In this document: piece after piece, positions 25,301 through 38,900 of the stretch
Position numbering within the stretch: position 1 is the stretch's first letter
Layout of the letters: each line of letters starts with the position of its first letter
Assembly: GCF_964204645.1 (NCBI RefSeq)
Contig: NC_134028.1
Location: forward strand, 19,041,653-19,105,652
Length of the DNA: 64,000 bases
DNA from: Tubulanus polymorphus
Taxonomy: Eukaryota; Animalia; Nemertea
Direction of reading: 5' to 3'
Translations under genes and position numbers: made by a program
Notes under the pieces: generated by a model
The model's input: only the letters and a program-made list of their open reading frames with translations
What the model was told of the DNA's origin: nothing
The model's database searches: none

Positions 25301-26104
25301 AATGGTCTTAAGTATGCAGTGGACTCTTCTTTGTTACTTGGCCTGAATCTTCATCCGCTTAACTGGCCATTTCTTTACGGAAATGTATGCCTTGTACATA
25401 TTTGATGTTATAATGCATAGGAATCTCTTTACACCATTGTTTTTCCAATGATAGTCATCACACCTCCAGTTTTCTGCTATAAGAAAGTTCGTAAAAATTG
25501 ATTATATCAAGAAACTGTGATGATCACAACTCTGTTGTCAATAGCCCCAAGAATTTTTAGGTAGGGTCTTTAATTCACATATTTACTTATCCCAATTCAG
25601 AGTAAGATCTACCCTCCCCGACCTTGGCCACACTGCACAATATCGAAAAGTTGGGTTCCAGGACGTTGCCTAATCCATTATAATGCACGACAACCCTGGT
25701 CAAGGTCTTTTTTCAGATCTTTAAACTGGCTAGTTGAGAGGTGGAATGGTGATCTCCTTGATGAAGTGACTGCTGCCTTGATTCCCTGAATCACCCCACC
25801 TACCACGACCATTTTAGGGTCGTAAAGGTGTTTGCCACATGACTGTACGAACTCACCCACATCCAAATCAAATCAGTGCGCCTGAGCCTGTGAGTGCAGC
25901 TCAATCAGCTGTCCTTGATGAGCTGACCTTTCAAACGCTTGGTCTCAGGAGTTATAAGTGTCCAATGTTAGAGCATCCATATTTCAGTCTGATCTAAAAA
26001 GATAGTAGAGACAAGACATTTTACAGTTATGTGTTCTAAGAGATTTAACCAAGTACTTTCTATCCTTACGTGATAAAACTACGCAAAAAATCGCGAGAGA
26101 CAAA

Positions 26105-26295
26105 TGAAATATGAGTCGCACAATCACAATTTCGAAAGAGATTTTAAAACATCAAAACTATGAAGAGAATGAGAACGACCACTCTTGAGAATGGTTTTTA
26201 GGATAAAACCGAAAATTCGAGGTTTTAATAAATTCTTTATAGTTTTGATGTTTTAAAATCTCTTTCGAACTTGTGATTGTGGGACTCATATTTCA
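26105..26295. repeat. Fold-back inverted repeat / MITE (about 60-bp arms)
   Basis: TGAAATATGAGTCGCACAATCACAATTTCGAAAGAGATTTTAAAACATCAAAACTAT and its near-perfect reverse complement. Confidence 0.8.
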
Positions 26296-27973
26296 CTCTC
26301 TATCCGTAGTAATCTCCCTTTCTCTAGCCACTTTGCGCTGTTGTCCATTATTCTGGACGAGTGCAGCTGACAGCAGGTGCATGCTCTGTCAATGAACCAA
26401 CGCATGACTTGGCGAACTCACGTTATCGTACTGGAGGTCTTATGACGTTCCGAGGACAAAGCTGTCTGCGATTGTCCTACATAATGTCAGCAGGCATTGC
26501 TTTTACTTCGATAGGGCCAACCTAAATATCTGTTCTTTGCGGCATCAGCTCATTTGGGGCCCTCTTACCATGTGGGCCAATTCCTCCCCTGACTCTGTAA
26601 TGTCCAAAATGTATCTCTAGGACTCTGCGGAAAAATTCGCAAAAATTCACCATTGAATAAACTTTGTATGGATACAATAAAGATAATTCCACCTTATAAT
26701 TCCACTATGCAACGATCGATGCACAGCTTAAACGTGGTGCTGTCATTCAATATGCTTGTCATAACGTATCTCTACATACATCAAAATCATACTTGAATTG
26801 TTGACTTGTTGATGAAACACCTCCGAATGTCTAATCATTTAAAAGCTTTGCCCTCATATGAAACGATTTCCACCTTATCACAGGTGCACTCTGCCGCGTG
26901 ATTTAACCATTCATTGCCCACGTTGTTACTCTCAACATTTCTAATACAGTATAACCTCTCTAGAATGAACGCTTGGGGTTCCGAAGAAATCGTTCACTGT
27001 AGACAGGTGTTCACTAAATAGAGGTAGTACATATTTGTGTCACGCCGCCTACCAGCAGTTTGAATAACTATACTCAATATTAAGCATTAATCCAAAACAA
27101 TAACATGGCATCTTAACCACAGATCCATGACAGAGCTTGAGGTCATTGAAGTGAACTGTCCAAAGCTTGGTCCCTATGCATCCGTTCAACCGAACTCGGT
27201 GGGGGACCTTTGATAGTTTCTCTACAATTAATTATGTGTGGACCCACCCAGTGCTTGTGGAATATAGTCGGTCCACGACGCTGGGCAAACCAATCATAGT
27301 TGGTTGCCTGACGTCATTGGGCCTTCTCAAATTGTAGCTCATAACATGCCAGGGGCAGTGGCAGCATAAAATATATGGGCCGACCAAGAAATAAATTTAA
27401 ACCATCAATATCGACGGTGGAGCCATTTGATAAATGCGCCGAAGAATTTTAAAGGGGATCTGGGTCAAAATTTTGGGGCATTTCCATGGCTCCTGGGCAC
27501 TTCTAGAGGGTTCTCACACAAATCATTGCGTTTCAATCGAGCGTGATATCTTAAAATAGAAGACTAGCTTGTCGTGAATTTCAGCCTTCAAATAAATTGT
27601 ATTCCCTCTTCAAAACTTGAATGATTTCTCTCATGTCGAACTGTACGTACCAATACTATTGATTTCACATAGATAGCACATCCTATTCCCGCTTTAATTG
27701 CAATATCAAAATTACTACTAAAAAACTGGTAACTCTGACTATAAAGTGTTTTATCGCCATACATCTATTGGCTTGCATTTAATTTTTCCCAAATACACTG
27801 AGTCGATGCTTGGACTGGCCAACAGGCTTCGGCACTAGTGATGTGCAGATGAATTTCAGAAAGTCTATATTACAGACGGAAATAAACTTTAGAAACTGTA
27901 GACTGAACTTTAGAATCTGAAGACTATAAGGTTCCTCATAGTATAGATAGATGGCAGCACCCATTATACTTAA

Positions 27974-30636
27974 CCCTTTGAGACCCGGATTAATTATTAC
28001 ACATGCTATCCCAGTCCCAGATTAATTTAAGGTAATTGCAAGGCGAAAACGTCCTATATTCAAATGCTTGTAGCTCCCAGCCTATTAGAGATACAGCTTT
28101 GGTGTATAAGAAACTTTTGCACAGTTCTTTATAAGCTTTCTAATGAGACCAAATTTGTCATATTTTGAAAAATTTTTTGGGGTAAATTATGGAAAATTCA
28201 TGAAAAACGTTCAAATTCTGACGAAAATTGTCTTTTTTGTCTCAAAATCATTAGCTGTTCAAGAAATAACGCATAGAAGTATATTAGAGACTGAAATGAT
28301 TTGTCTCACCTTACTGATTATTCATGTGATTCTGCCTCCAATACACTTATAATCCACAAAACGATGATAAATCTCAAAGCATGGAACGTCACACAAAGGT
28401 ACAGGAGGTACACATGTTTTACACTGCCTTTGTGTCTGATGCCGGCGAACATACTTTTTGTTCTCTCTAAGTGTGCACACAACACAATCAGGCCTGCCAT
28501 TAGTTTTTTCCATAAAATGTGCTCCTCCATTCAAACGCTGTGGTGCATCGTTATGCCGAATCTGACGACCAGGTTGATGAGGTGCACGTTGGTAGTCAGC
28601 AATAAGTTCATGGCATAACTTCAAACGAAACTGTCTACTGGTCAATGCATGAGCAGCATTGGACACCTTGTGCATTATGTATGCATTTGTTACTGCTGTG
28701 ATAAGTAGGTGGCAAAAAACCTTTTTCCACCATTTCACTGAACGATGTAGTATGCTGAAATAGGAGTTGTATTGATCATTCAAATCAACTCCACCCATAA
28801 ATGTGTTGTAGTCATCAATTGCATTTGGTTTTTCGATATGTCTGTAACCATCCTCTCCTTCACGTGAACGAATACGCTTCACAGTAACACCTGCATTGCT
28901 AACAGTAGACAATACACAATTTGGGCTTTTGTCATACCAACCAATTGCTAACATGTCTGACGCGTTATGCCATAACATCAAAGGCGACATGTCCTGCAAT
29001 TGTCGTTTGTTGGTGGGGGCCGTGAATTGCTTCAGTTTTAGTGGATTTCCTGCACGATTCGCCCTAACTGTGCCACAGGCACCAATGTTTCGATCTTTTA
29101 GGTCCACAAATAGTTTCACACTAGTGAAGAAATTGTCCCATGTTATGACCTGGCCAGCCCTAACATTCTGCGATGCGTCCATAACAACTCGATACCCAAG
29201 GTCAACTTGGGTCCGCTCCTTTGTACAGCGTCCAATTGTGGGCATAACCAGTTTTCGACCCAGCCAGTATCCATGCTTTCATGCCCCACTTGACAGGCTT
29301 ACTCTTGATGTATTGCAACATAGAAGTTCGACCCTTGAAGGCTATCATGCCTTCATCCACGGACAGGAACTTTTCCATATGGAAGGCATCATTCCATGCG
29401 CGAACTAGCTGTTCAATCAAAGACTTGACCTTGAATGTCCTGTCATAACCAGGCTGCCCTCTTTGAATTTGTGTTTCGTTATTCACAGGGTGCAAGAATC
29501 ATAATAGCATCAAAAACCGATTGCGGCTCATTACGGCTCGGAATCCTGGTTTATCAGTCAGAGGATCAGTAGACCAATGTGCACGAAAAGATCCCCGATC
29601 TTCATATCCCGTTAGTAACAACAATGCCAGGAATGCTTTCATTTCGTCACTAGTGACATTATACCAGGTTTCTAGAACACTATCAGTAGTATTTCCACTG
29701 TTTTGATATTGTTGAAAATAACGATTTGTTTCAGTCACTAGCATGTCTATAATAGTGTCCGGAAAAGCTTTTGTGAAAAAGTCAATTGGCGTGTAGTCCG
29801 TTGTATCGAACTTGGGCTCACCTGGATTCGGACAGTTGTACTGCGGCAACCAGTTAGGAGGGGGGTGGTTTCTATCTTCAGCCCAATCAGGATCCTGATC
29901 AATGTTGGCACCTTGTGCACGTCCACCACGACCACCACGACCACGCACTGGGGCATAACCTCTCCCAGTTCCACGACCCCGCCTGCCTCTAACAGCAGCA
30001 GTAGCTCGACCACGTCCACGTCCCCGACCACGGACGACAGGTGCTGCTGGGGGTTGGGGATTGTCATTATCAGTACTGTCACTATCAGCAGACTGATTAT
30101 CATCACTATCAGGAGTATTATCATCACTTACAGGACTATTTTCACCATTATTGTCACTTACTTTCGCATCTAAATCACTTCCGGGTTCACTTTCGGTTTC
30201 ATTTCCGGGTTCAAAATCGCTTTCTGAACCACTTTCAGCGTTTGAGTCACTGTCATTAGAGTCACTGTCAGCAAATATCTCTCTTATTTCATGATCACTA
30301 AACCTGCCTGACATTTTATGAACGTTCCTTTCACCAAAAACCGTGCCGGAAATGTCACATTTACTTCAAATTTAGCGATAAAATTCCAAAAACTGCAATT
30401 CGCTTCAACTTCAATTTTCGCAAAATTCTTGAGTAGCAACATACCGTTCCAATAGTTTCAATGGGACGCATTGAACCTTTACTTGCATACCCAGGCGGTG
30501 GCAGCTAAAATCCGGCGCAGGTTACGCTGAAACGTCGGGGTAAAGTAGGCATGCCTGGTGCTCGCAATTTTGCGAGAGTGGGACCGACGGAACTGCTCCC
30601 GGCGCTCGCAAAATTGCGAGAGTGGGTCTCAAAGGG
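27974..30636 (-). mobile_element. Full-length piggyBac, element C
   Basis: Perfect 13-bp TIR CCCTTTGAGACCC, TTAA TSD at 27970-27973 and 30637-30640, sub-terminal palindromes CTCGCAAWWTTGCGAG (x2). Confidence 0.96.
28322..30314 (-). pseudogene. piggyBac transposase of element C (one nonsense codon, one frameshift)
   Basis: DDD triad SVDEGM / TWDNFF / MGGVDLND and C-terminal CRD CVVC...CKTC...LC...CF..YH. TGA at 29499-29501 in RNRFLMLL*FLH. Frameshift near 29220. Confidence 0.93.
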
Positions 30637-31097
30637 TTAAACTGTCGGCATATGCATAAACTCATCAACATAATCATTCATATGATCACTTGAAACAAAA
30701 GAAATTTGATTAATCAAAAAAATATGTATTTGTTTTTTAATGCATTTACAAATCTTAGATGACTATGTTATGACCAAGTAATCTATTCTCCACATCTGAT
30801 CTACTGTAATGATAGTTCAAAGCTACTGGACTTTCCTCAAACAACTGACTTTAGATATGGATGTTGTCTTATTTCTGAACAGGAGTGACATGTACACGGG
30901 CGACCACCAGGATTCAATCCATACCATCACGGTGTGTACTTTTTTGATAATAGATTTCATTAGCAATAGCAATAGCCGCTGACACTTTATATTTGAAATA
31001 AGAAAAATACATATCAACATAAAATGTTATGTTATCAAATTTTCTGACTTTTTATCATAAATCATAGGCCTGTATGTGTTTATTGGTTCCCCATTAG

Positions 31098-32850
31098 TCC
31101 TTTAGTGCCTGGGACACTTTTTTGAAATCCAACAAAACCACCTCAATAAACTTATTAAATATGATCAAAATAACACACTTATGGATTTAATTAACCAATT
31201 TTTGATTCCATAACATATTTACAGATTGTTCTCAAATGAGTACAGCAGGCATTTACTACTACCGAATGTCAATTTTTACCCCAACTCGAAATTTGGATAT
31301 AGTTCATATTTGAATCCATAATCAATGTAGCTGTTATATAATAACATCAAACAACCGATGATTGATTTCCAAATTGAAATCGCAAGAATTAAATAGCATC
31401 ATGAAATGTCAAGAAACAGTTTGAGCCCAACACACATAACACAGTTTTGCACTTAGCGCACATAAATCTTGATCGGCGTTACAGTTTTCGGCTTTACACC
31501 GGTTCTGAAATTCCATTTGGATGGGCCAATGGTCTCGTCCATCAAACCTGATTCCACGCGGAACATCACTCGCACTGTATGAAACTCTTGGTTTCTTTGC
31601 TTTGGGTTCATCTTCTTGATCGGACTCGGTATCAATACCAGCCATACGCGTCAATTTCAATTTGGAAATCAAGCATTGGTTGTTTGCCACCCATTTGCCT
31701 ATAAATGCACCAAGCATTTACAAGACACAGAGACAATAGATGAGTGAATATGCGAATATACCACTTTCTGCTTCTACATTTTGTCCTGTAGTGGGATAAC
31801 ATCATATCTGCTTTATCAACTCCACCCATAAACTCATTGTAAGTTTCCACAATAGCGGGTTGAGGAACAACAATTTCTTTTTTCTCTTTTCGGTCGTACC
31901 GCTTGCACTCACCAACTGGCTCCTTGCCAATATAATTTGAGGCAGTTAGAACCCGTTTTGAATCTAACCATGCACACACCACAACCTTATCTTCAAAAGT
32001 TTTTTCATCAATTGATCCTCTACCAGTTTAATTTAGTTTTTTCTCCTTAGCAATTTGGGAATTCCTTGTCTGGGTCTCCTGAATGGTTGATACTGCAAAG
32101 ATACCTTTTTCCCTCATATACACCAACAGTACATTCTATGGTTGGGCAGTTTCACCACACCCATATAGAGATTTATCCCGAATGCCTTCAATAAATCAGT
32201 TATTGAAAATTGAGGTAGAAATCTTCGCCCACCTTCCTGTAAACTACGCCATATATTGAATAGGTTATCCTGGAATACAATATCCTCCACTAAATCGTTG
32301 TGAAACAGGATACAGAAAAACTCAAATGCAGTACTCCATCTTATTTTATTTGGATTCATTCTATGTTCAACCTGTGTCAGTGGCATATCTTCTTCAGAAT
32401 CAGATGTCTCGCCAGTGTCTGTCTCACTATTGCTTGAGTGCAATGAAAGCCTGGGCTCATCTAAATCATCTTCATCGTCGGATGGTGCATAATTTCCATC
32501 GTCATCACTATCATCAGCGATCAGCCCATGGTCACTTTCTTCGTCTTCGACTGTGCATATTACACTTCCTCCCATAGAAAGACCTGAAAAATTATAAAGA
32601 TAAGTATTAGATATACAGATAATAATGAATAATAAAAATTCATGTACATTTTACCCGCTGTAGCATTAAGTGCCTGGTGTACTCAAAAAAGCACATCAAG
32701 TGTGTGAGCCCCTTACAACGTATGTGCTCAAATGATGCCGTTGGGCATTCCAACACATTTTCATTAGAATTTAAATTATTCATTGGGGTTTAAAGGTTAA
32801 AGAAATTTTTGGGAAAATGTACTCTTTTGAGTACAAAAGGCACTAAAGGG
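31098..32850 (-). mobile_element. Internally deleted piggyBac, element D
   Basis: TIR (T)CCTTTAGTGCCT / AGGCACTAAAGGG with degenerate TTAG/TTTA flanks. ORFs 32114-32575, 31632-31982 (FMGGVDKADM) and 31409-31717. The central catalytic region is missing. Confidence 0.87.
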
Positions 32851-34884
32851 TTTACATTCCTCATTATTGGGTAACCATAAAAACTGTTGTGAGTTAATCC
32901 TGTATGTACCTCTAAATGCAACAATCCCCTGAGCCTTTGGGAAAAGAGACTATGAAAATATTTTGATTATACATCAGTATTAAAGATAATACTCATTACT
33001 CACTATTAGCAATACCTATCTTCTAATAGTATCACCTATACATACATATAAGTGGAAGGTTGTGTGGTAGGCGTGTACGGTTGATGTGGTGTACCTGTTT
33101 GCACTGTTTCAGTCAAAGTTGAGGCAAATTCACTTGGCTTTTGGACTGCAGGTTCTGGGAGCAGACTGCCACTTTTTGACGTTGGTACAGCTGAGCTGTT
33201 TTCATCGCTCGATGATGGCTCAACTTAGTAATCCCGACTAACTTTGAGTCGCGTCGTGTGCCAGACATATTGACTGCATCTGTGTATTTGGTTTGGTATT
33301 CTTGGTCTGTGATTTGGTGGTCGTTTTTCTAGTAATTCATTACTTGGTGGTTGTTCAGCGCTGGGTACACTTTCATACCGTTTTAGTACTGATAAACCGT
33401 GGTCAGTTATATTCTTACCTGCCAGGGCTTCCTGTCGTCGAATGAACTCGGAGACAGTTTTTAGGCCAGCCGTAGGCTGAGCCTATTACTATACAAATGG
33501 AGCGAATTTAAATGACATGGTTTCCACACAAAAGGCTCTTTTGCTTGCCAAGTGAGGGCATATTCGAACAAATCACGTATTTAAGCGTAATCCATTCTCG
33601 GAATCGTAGCGAGCAGAATTTTGAAATAGGGTCTCATAAAAATGTTTTCTGCATTTTTCACGAAAGTTAAATCGGGAAAATTTCAATTTTTATCAGCCAA
33701 TCAGGAAGTTGTGTCTTCCCTGTGATTGGTTTATCTGAAAATATCAGCAGCTGTTCACGTGAATTATCGCGATTTCATTACTGGCGCTTTTGCGCATGAC
33801 GTCATGTATCAACACGCGACAATACTTCCGCGTTCGCTACGTGTTCGCTGATTGGCCCATTTACTGGGAAATTCCACAGAAGCCTAATGTGGTTTGTTAC
33901 AAGCGCTGTGATTGGCCCGACCCGATTCTGGCATGGCTTTAGCTTAGTGGGTTCGAATCCCTTGACGGGTGAAGATGATTGATCCTATCAATATCTATTG
34001 AAACAAATAAGTTTCCCGGTTGGGCAGCCGCGGATATCTACCGGAAGTGTTCCGGTTCGATATTTCGAGGTTTCTTTGAATTTTGGAGTGATTTTGAAAT
34101 CCCGTAAATACCAGCGGTAGATTGTGAAAACCCATTCCATGATATTTGTATTACTTAATCAACGAAAAGCGTCGGGGCCGCGCCAGGAGTTTTCGTGATT
34201 CAAGTAGCGCAATAGCCTACTTCTTCGTGTTCGTCCACCTCAATTTTCACTCCGCCGATCTCTGACACGGCTCTGTCCCCGTCGGCGCTGTGATTGCACT
34301 TTCGTACCACCAAAATTTTTTATTTCTATATCAGGGAGGTCTGGAGAATAAAAAAGTCAAAATTTGGATATCACATAGGCCTGATTTCATCGAATAAGTC
34401 GACCATGGTCGTTACGTTTCCGTACTTATTACCACCTAAAACCGTCTGAACAATTTTGTCACAACCAACATTTCGTTTACAGAAATCAGGTGTTCACGTG
34501 AATCCGCGGTATCGTCTACTGTTTTACTTCCGGGTTTTATTTTAAGATTTAAAATTGTATTTCAAGATCGATTTCTATGAAATCTATAGTTGATTTGGTG
34601 TTTGGGAGGAATTTTTATTTGCTCTACAGAAAATTCATCCTTGACAATTGCGCAAGGTTCGCGAAAAAAAGGTTTTACCAAATCGGGTGTATGACCTTGA
34701 TATGCTAATTAGCCATGTGCCCGAATTGCAAATTCAATCAAATTTTATTCTGCCAAAAAATGTTAAATACAATTCGCTTTCCGAGAGTTAATGGTATGCT
34801 GCATGGAACAAAGTTGTTTTGAGATGGGTCTTGAAGCTATTGAGGTCGAGAGATAACCATCTAGATAGTTCGTGAGAGTTCCAA

Positions 34885-35555
34885 AGTTTTGAAGACGCTT
34901 CAAGGTAATGTCTTGATATTTGTTTTATACGTGTATCTACCCTAGACACATCTTCAGGCCAAAAACTGGCCCTGTCAGATTCAAGATGGCCGACTGGCAG
35001 CCATTGTTGTTCGCCAAAATCAGCACTTTTTACACATTTTTGAAGTTTTCGAGGGAAATTTTGAAGACACTTTTATCAATAACCTTGATCATTCGTATAT
35101 ATTTGTATCCCCCGAGGGCCCATCGGCATAAGAAAAATTGAGTCGATCGGACTCAAGATGGCCGTACTGTGACCTTTTTTGTTCCCAAAAATGTCAATTT
35201 TGGCCTGAATTCTGAGTACTGTAGCTTTCTAATGGTGCACCATGTTTCATTGCAATTTGTAATGGGTATTCTTTGGAAAGGGATCTTTTATATCCGAGAG
35301 GGTATTTTTGACCAGGCAATTATGACGCACTTGGCAGCCATCTTGGGGTCATCAGTACTCATTCGTAGGTGGAAAAAAAGTTTTTCCACATCATAATTGA
35401 TACTTAAGCATATTTTGCTACTATAATCAATTGGAAAGTTGTAGCTCATGACATGTTCTATGATCGAGGTGAGTTTCAAGCTCATTGATTTTTTTATGGC
35501 CACCAGGGGGCGTTGAACAATACAATAACTTAGTATTTCTATATTACATTCGTTC
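34885..35555 (+). mobile_element. HINE family 1, internal fragment
   Basis: Matches about 190-850, including TGGCCACCAGGGGGCG at about 35497. Confidence 0.85.
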
Positions 35556-35949
35556 CTGCTGTCTGTGTTAACACACGATTTTACTATGTAAATGATATTG
35601 AGCAGGGAGTGTATATTGATAAATATAACCCACAGATTACATCATTTATAAAAAGCAAATCTGACAGGCTGGCCATTGTGCCCCTTGGGGCTCTTGTTGT
35701 ATTTACTTTCAACAAACGAATTGCTAATTTGCTCAGAACTGGGTCATCTACCGTAATTCGCTGTTGCAGCCTTTGGTAAATATTTGTTATGATCCATTTT
35801 TGCGGGGAAATCCTAGCAGTTCTGTCTTGACGAAGCCACAGCTGTTTGATAATACAGTACATCAGACGATTCTGATTCATGTGTAAGGTTGACGTTAATA
35901 TCAGATGGATTGATGATCTGCTGGTCATCACTTTCATAGTTGCTGTCAT

Positions 35950-38900
35950 TCAGATCTTCCTGTTCGATATCGGCATCTATTTCCAGCTCTATTTCGTCGT
36001 CCTATTCAATATCTTTAGTCTGTAAAATCTCTTTATTCTTCACGTAATGGTCGCACAGGTCAAATTGTTCACTTGACTGGCTAAAGAGGAACTCTAATCC
36101 GATCAATTCATTTCGTATGGGTACTGGGGGTTGAAAGTTTTCTTCCTTTTTGGTACCAAACAGCGTAAGACAATGTTCGTTAAGTCGGCTGATGAGAGAA
36201 AAGTTAAAGTAACGATTTTTTCTTCCTTTCTGGCCCATTACTGCTGCAGATTCTCTATCGGAATTCCACCGTGCTATTCCTGCTAAAAGGTGACGCTGAA
36301 ATGGAACTGCAGCACAGTGAGGGCCAGGTATCATCTGAGGAAGGAAGTAGTGAAAGCTTTCTAAACTGTTGCTACCACGAACTGTCTTGTAATGTGGCAG
36401 CTGAACATCATTGCGCTTTATATACTTGGTTATCGTATACATACTCCTTTCTGGTGGGTCCTGTATACACTCTAAGTGTTTCTGTTGAACAGTCCACACT
36501 TTATCAATTGCAGCATCGTCTTTGAATAGATGAATTTGATTTTCATCCATGCCAGCAGGGCCCTTCAGGGTGTCGATTACGTTCTGAACTCTTGCGTACG
36601 TTTCGTTGATACAAACTGTGATCCTACGTACGTAATGTTTTAGATCGTCCTTGTAGAGATGGTTTGAGACTATTTCACCATCTGATAAGTGACTCAAAAG
36701 TGTCGGGGATCCAGCTCTAATTGCCTTGATCAGTTGGTCCATATCAGCTTTATTATACGCAAATACAGCGGCAGATTTGAATAATGCGTATTTTGGATGG
36801 TGATCAGTTCGCACAGCAGCATCAAATCGATGAATCCAGTGAAATATGTCTAACCGAACGACCATTCCTGATTCAGCCCATTTCTCGAACAGATTCACTA
36901 TCGAAGAGATACCATTTAAACGGCAACAGCCACGATCAACATACATAATTTCTCCAGCATGTTCATACCGATTTATCAATCCATCTGCCATAGGCTTCAG
37001 CTTTTCCACGGATTCCTCACATGTGAGAACTGATATAAGCACCTGCGATGATTCGTTGCCGACATTCGTGCACCACTCTGCAGTACCACGGCCAGAACCA
37101 GAGAGTTTTTTGCAGATCTAAGAAAATAGTAAAACATCAGACTGTAGATAATATGATCCAAAGAATATGAATATGGTATCTGTATGTGACTTCTCAATTA
37201 CCTTTCATGTGGAATCAAACTTAAGAACTTTCCCGAAGGTTGACATGATTTGAGACGGATAATCATCAACATTCTCTGCCTCAGACATTAGAAATGCTTT
37301 CCGGAAAAGTTTGGCACTTGGAAGCTCCTTGCGGTCTGGAGGTGACTCGAACTCATGATCCATATAATCTGAGAGACCAAATTCTGACATAAATACTGAT
37401 ATCGAGACGTTTGCAGCTCATATATGTTTTGATGTAATGCATTTCAAAAATTAAAATTAATATTCATCAAGCGATTAAAGAATTTATACTTACTGACAAT
37501 CGATCCTCATCTGGTTAATGACGTTAATAATGTTGTGTACATATCTTTCCTGCTGAGGTAATCTTCACAGTGACTCTCCTGTACCTGCCGTCGTACTTTC
37601 TCCATTGTATTTCCGACTGTGCGGTCACGTAATAGTCGAACTATCTCCCGACCAACCCCACGCCTGAGAAATAGGTTTAGCAAAATTGAATATATTGTAG
37701 AATTTGAATACAATGTAGAATTTAAATTTCTTATGCCAGCAATGAATTATCAGTGCTGAACTTACCTCGGTGTGAGTACTGCAGGAAAAAATGCTTGATG
37801 AGCTCTGGTAAGTTGTGATAAGATAGCTGGTTACCAGGCAGAGAAGCGACCTATGCGATGTTCATTCGATGTTTTTGCAGCTTTCGTACATGCCAAACAA
37901 GCTTAAATTTCAGTCAACATATAATACCAGTCTCCCATGTCACATATGCGCCTAACTGTGTTCGAGTAACTGCATCGATACAAATAAACATCTTTATCCT
38001 CCCGGGCAGGGCATTCTTTTCGTGGACACTTTAGACTTAATATTTCCATACAACAACTGGCCGCCAAAAAAACAAATGGCTACGGAAAAATGAGTCGGCA
38101 GTTGGAGGTCGACCCTGAACGACTCCCGGAATATCTGGTGGATAGAACCACATTCGATCATCTTTCAAAACTCTACGTTTACGTTCATCACCATTGATAT
38201 CCTTATATGTCATAACATTCTGAAAAAGCCCACGTTCACTTTCCCTGAGCCAACCAATATCCGATTTAGTGAGGCCATTAGGACCTTCCCAACTTCATAA
38301 ACTATCTAAAAAAAAACATTTTTAGTTTAGATCAAATACTCATCAGTTTCATAAGGTCCGCTTGCCGGAACAAGAAATATGGCCTAGACCAGATCTTGAT
38401 TCTGATCGAGCCAGTTTTGGGCTGCAAATGTGATTTGGGTGATTACAAGCATCTTCAAAACTTCCCTACATATTTGGATTCCATCTACGGTTGGTCAGAC
38501 AGACTAAAGAAAGAATGAATGGACTGGCAACCAACAAAAAGTGAACACAATGTCATTATACATAATCTGTAACTAATAAAGGTCATTCAAACTTACTAAC
38601 CAACAAATTTCGAAATATTAGAACACTGAACATGAATAACTATGGATATGATAGTGAAATGCCTTGATTATTGTAAAAACATCGTATAATTAGTCTATCA
38701 GTTTCATTTTATAACTCGGTACGTGCATAGTTTTATTGACTGGCTGGACTTCAGCATTACTGACTGACTGAGGCATTGGGACGGTTCTTGATTGTTTCGT
38801 CTCTTGCTCCGAGGGTTCATCTGATGGTTCATATCCTACATACAATTCAGTACAATATAAATTTTCAATTATTTATGGAATTGATTAAGATTTTGGTTGA

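Noticed and set aside
25600-25995. Possible decayed exon on the minus strand
   Set aside because: Multiple stops and no recognisable family.
28896-30259. Plus-strand ORFs of 60-170 aa over piggyBac C (and similar antisense ORFs over other TEs)
   Set aside because: Shadow frames opposite recognisable transposase or RT genes, with no motifs.
33925-33970. tRNA gene (GGTTCGAATCC B-box); similar motif on the minus strand at about 24033-24045
   Set aside because: No cloverleaf or properly spaced A-box could be built. At most a SINE relic.
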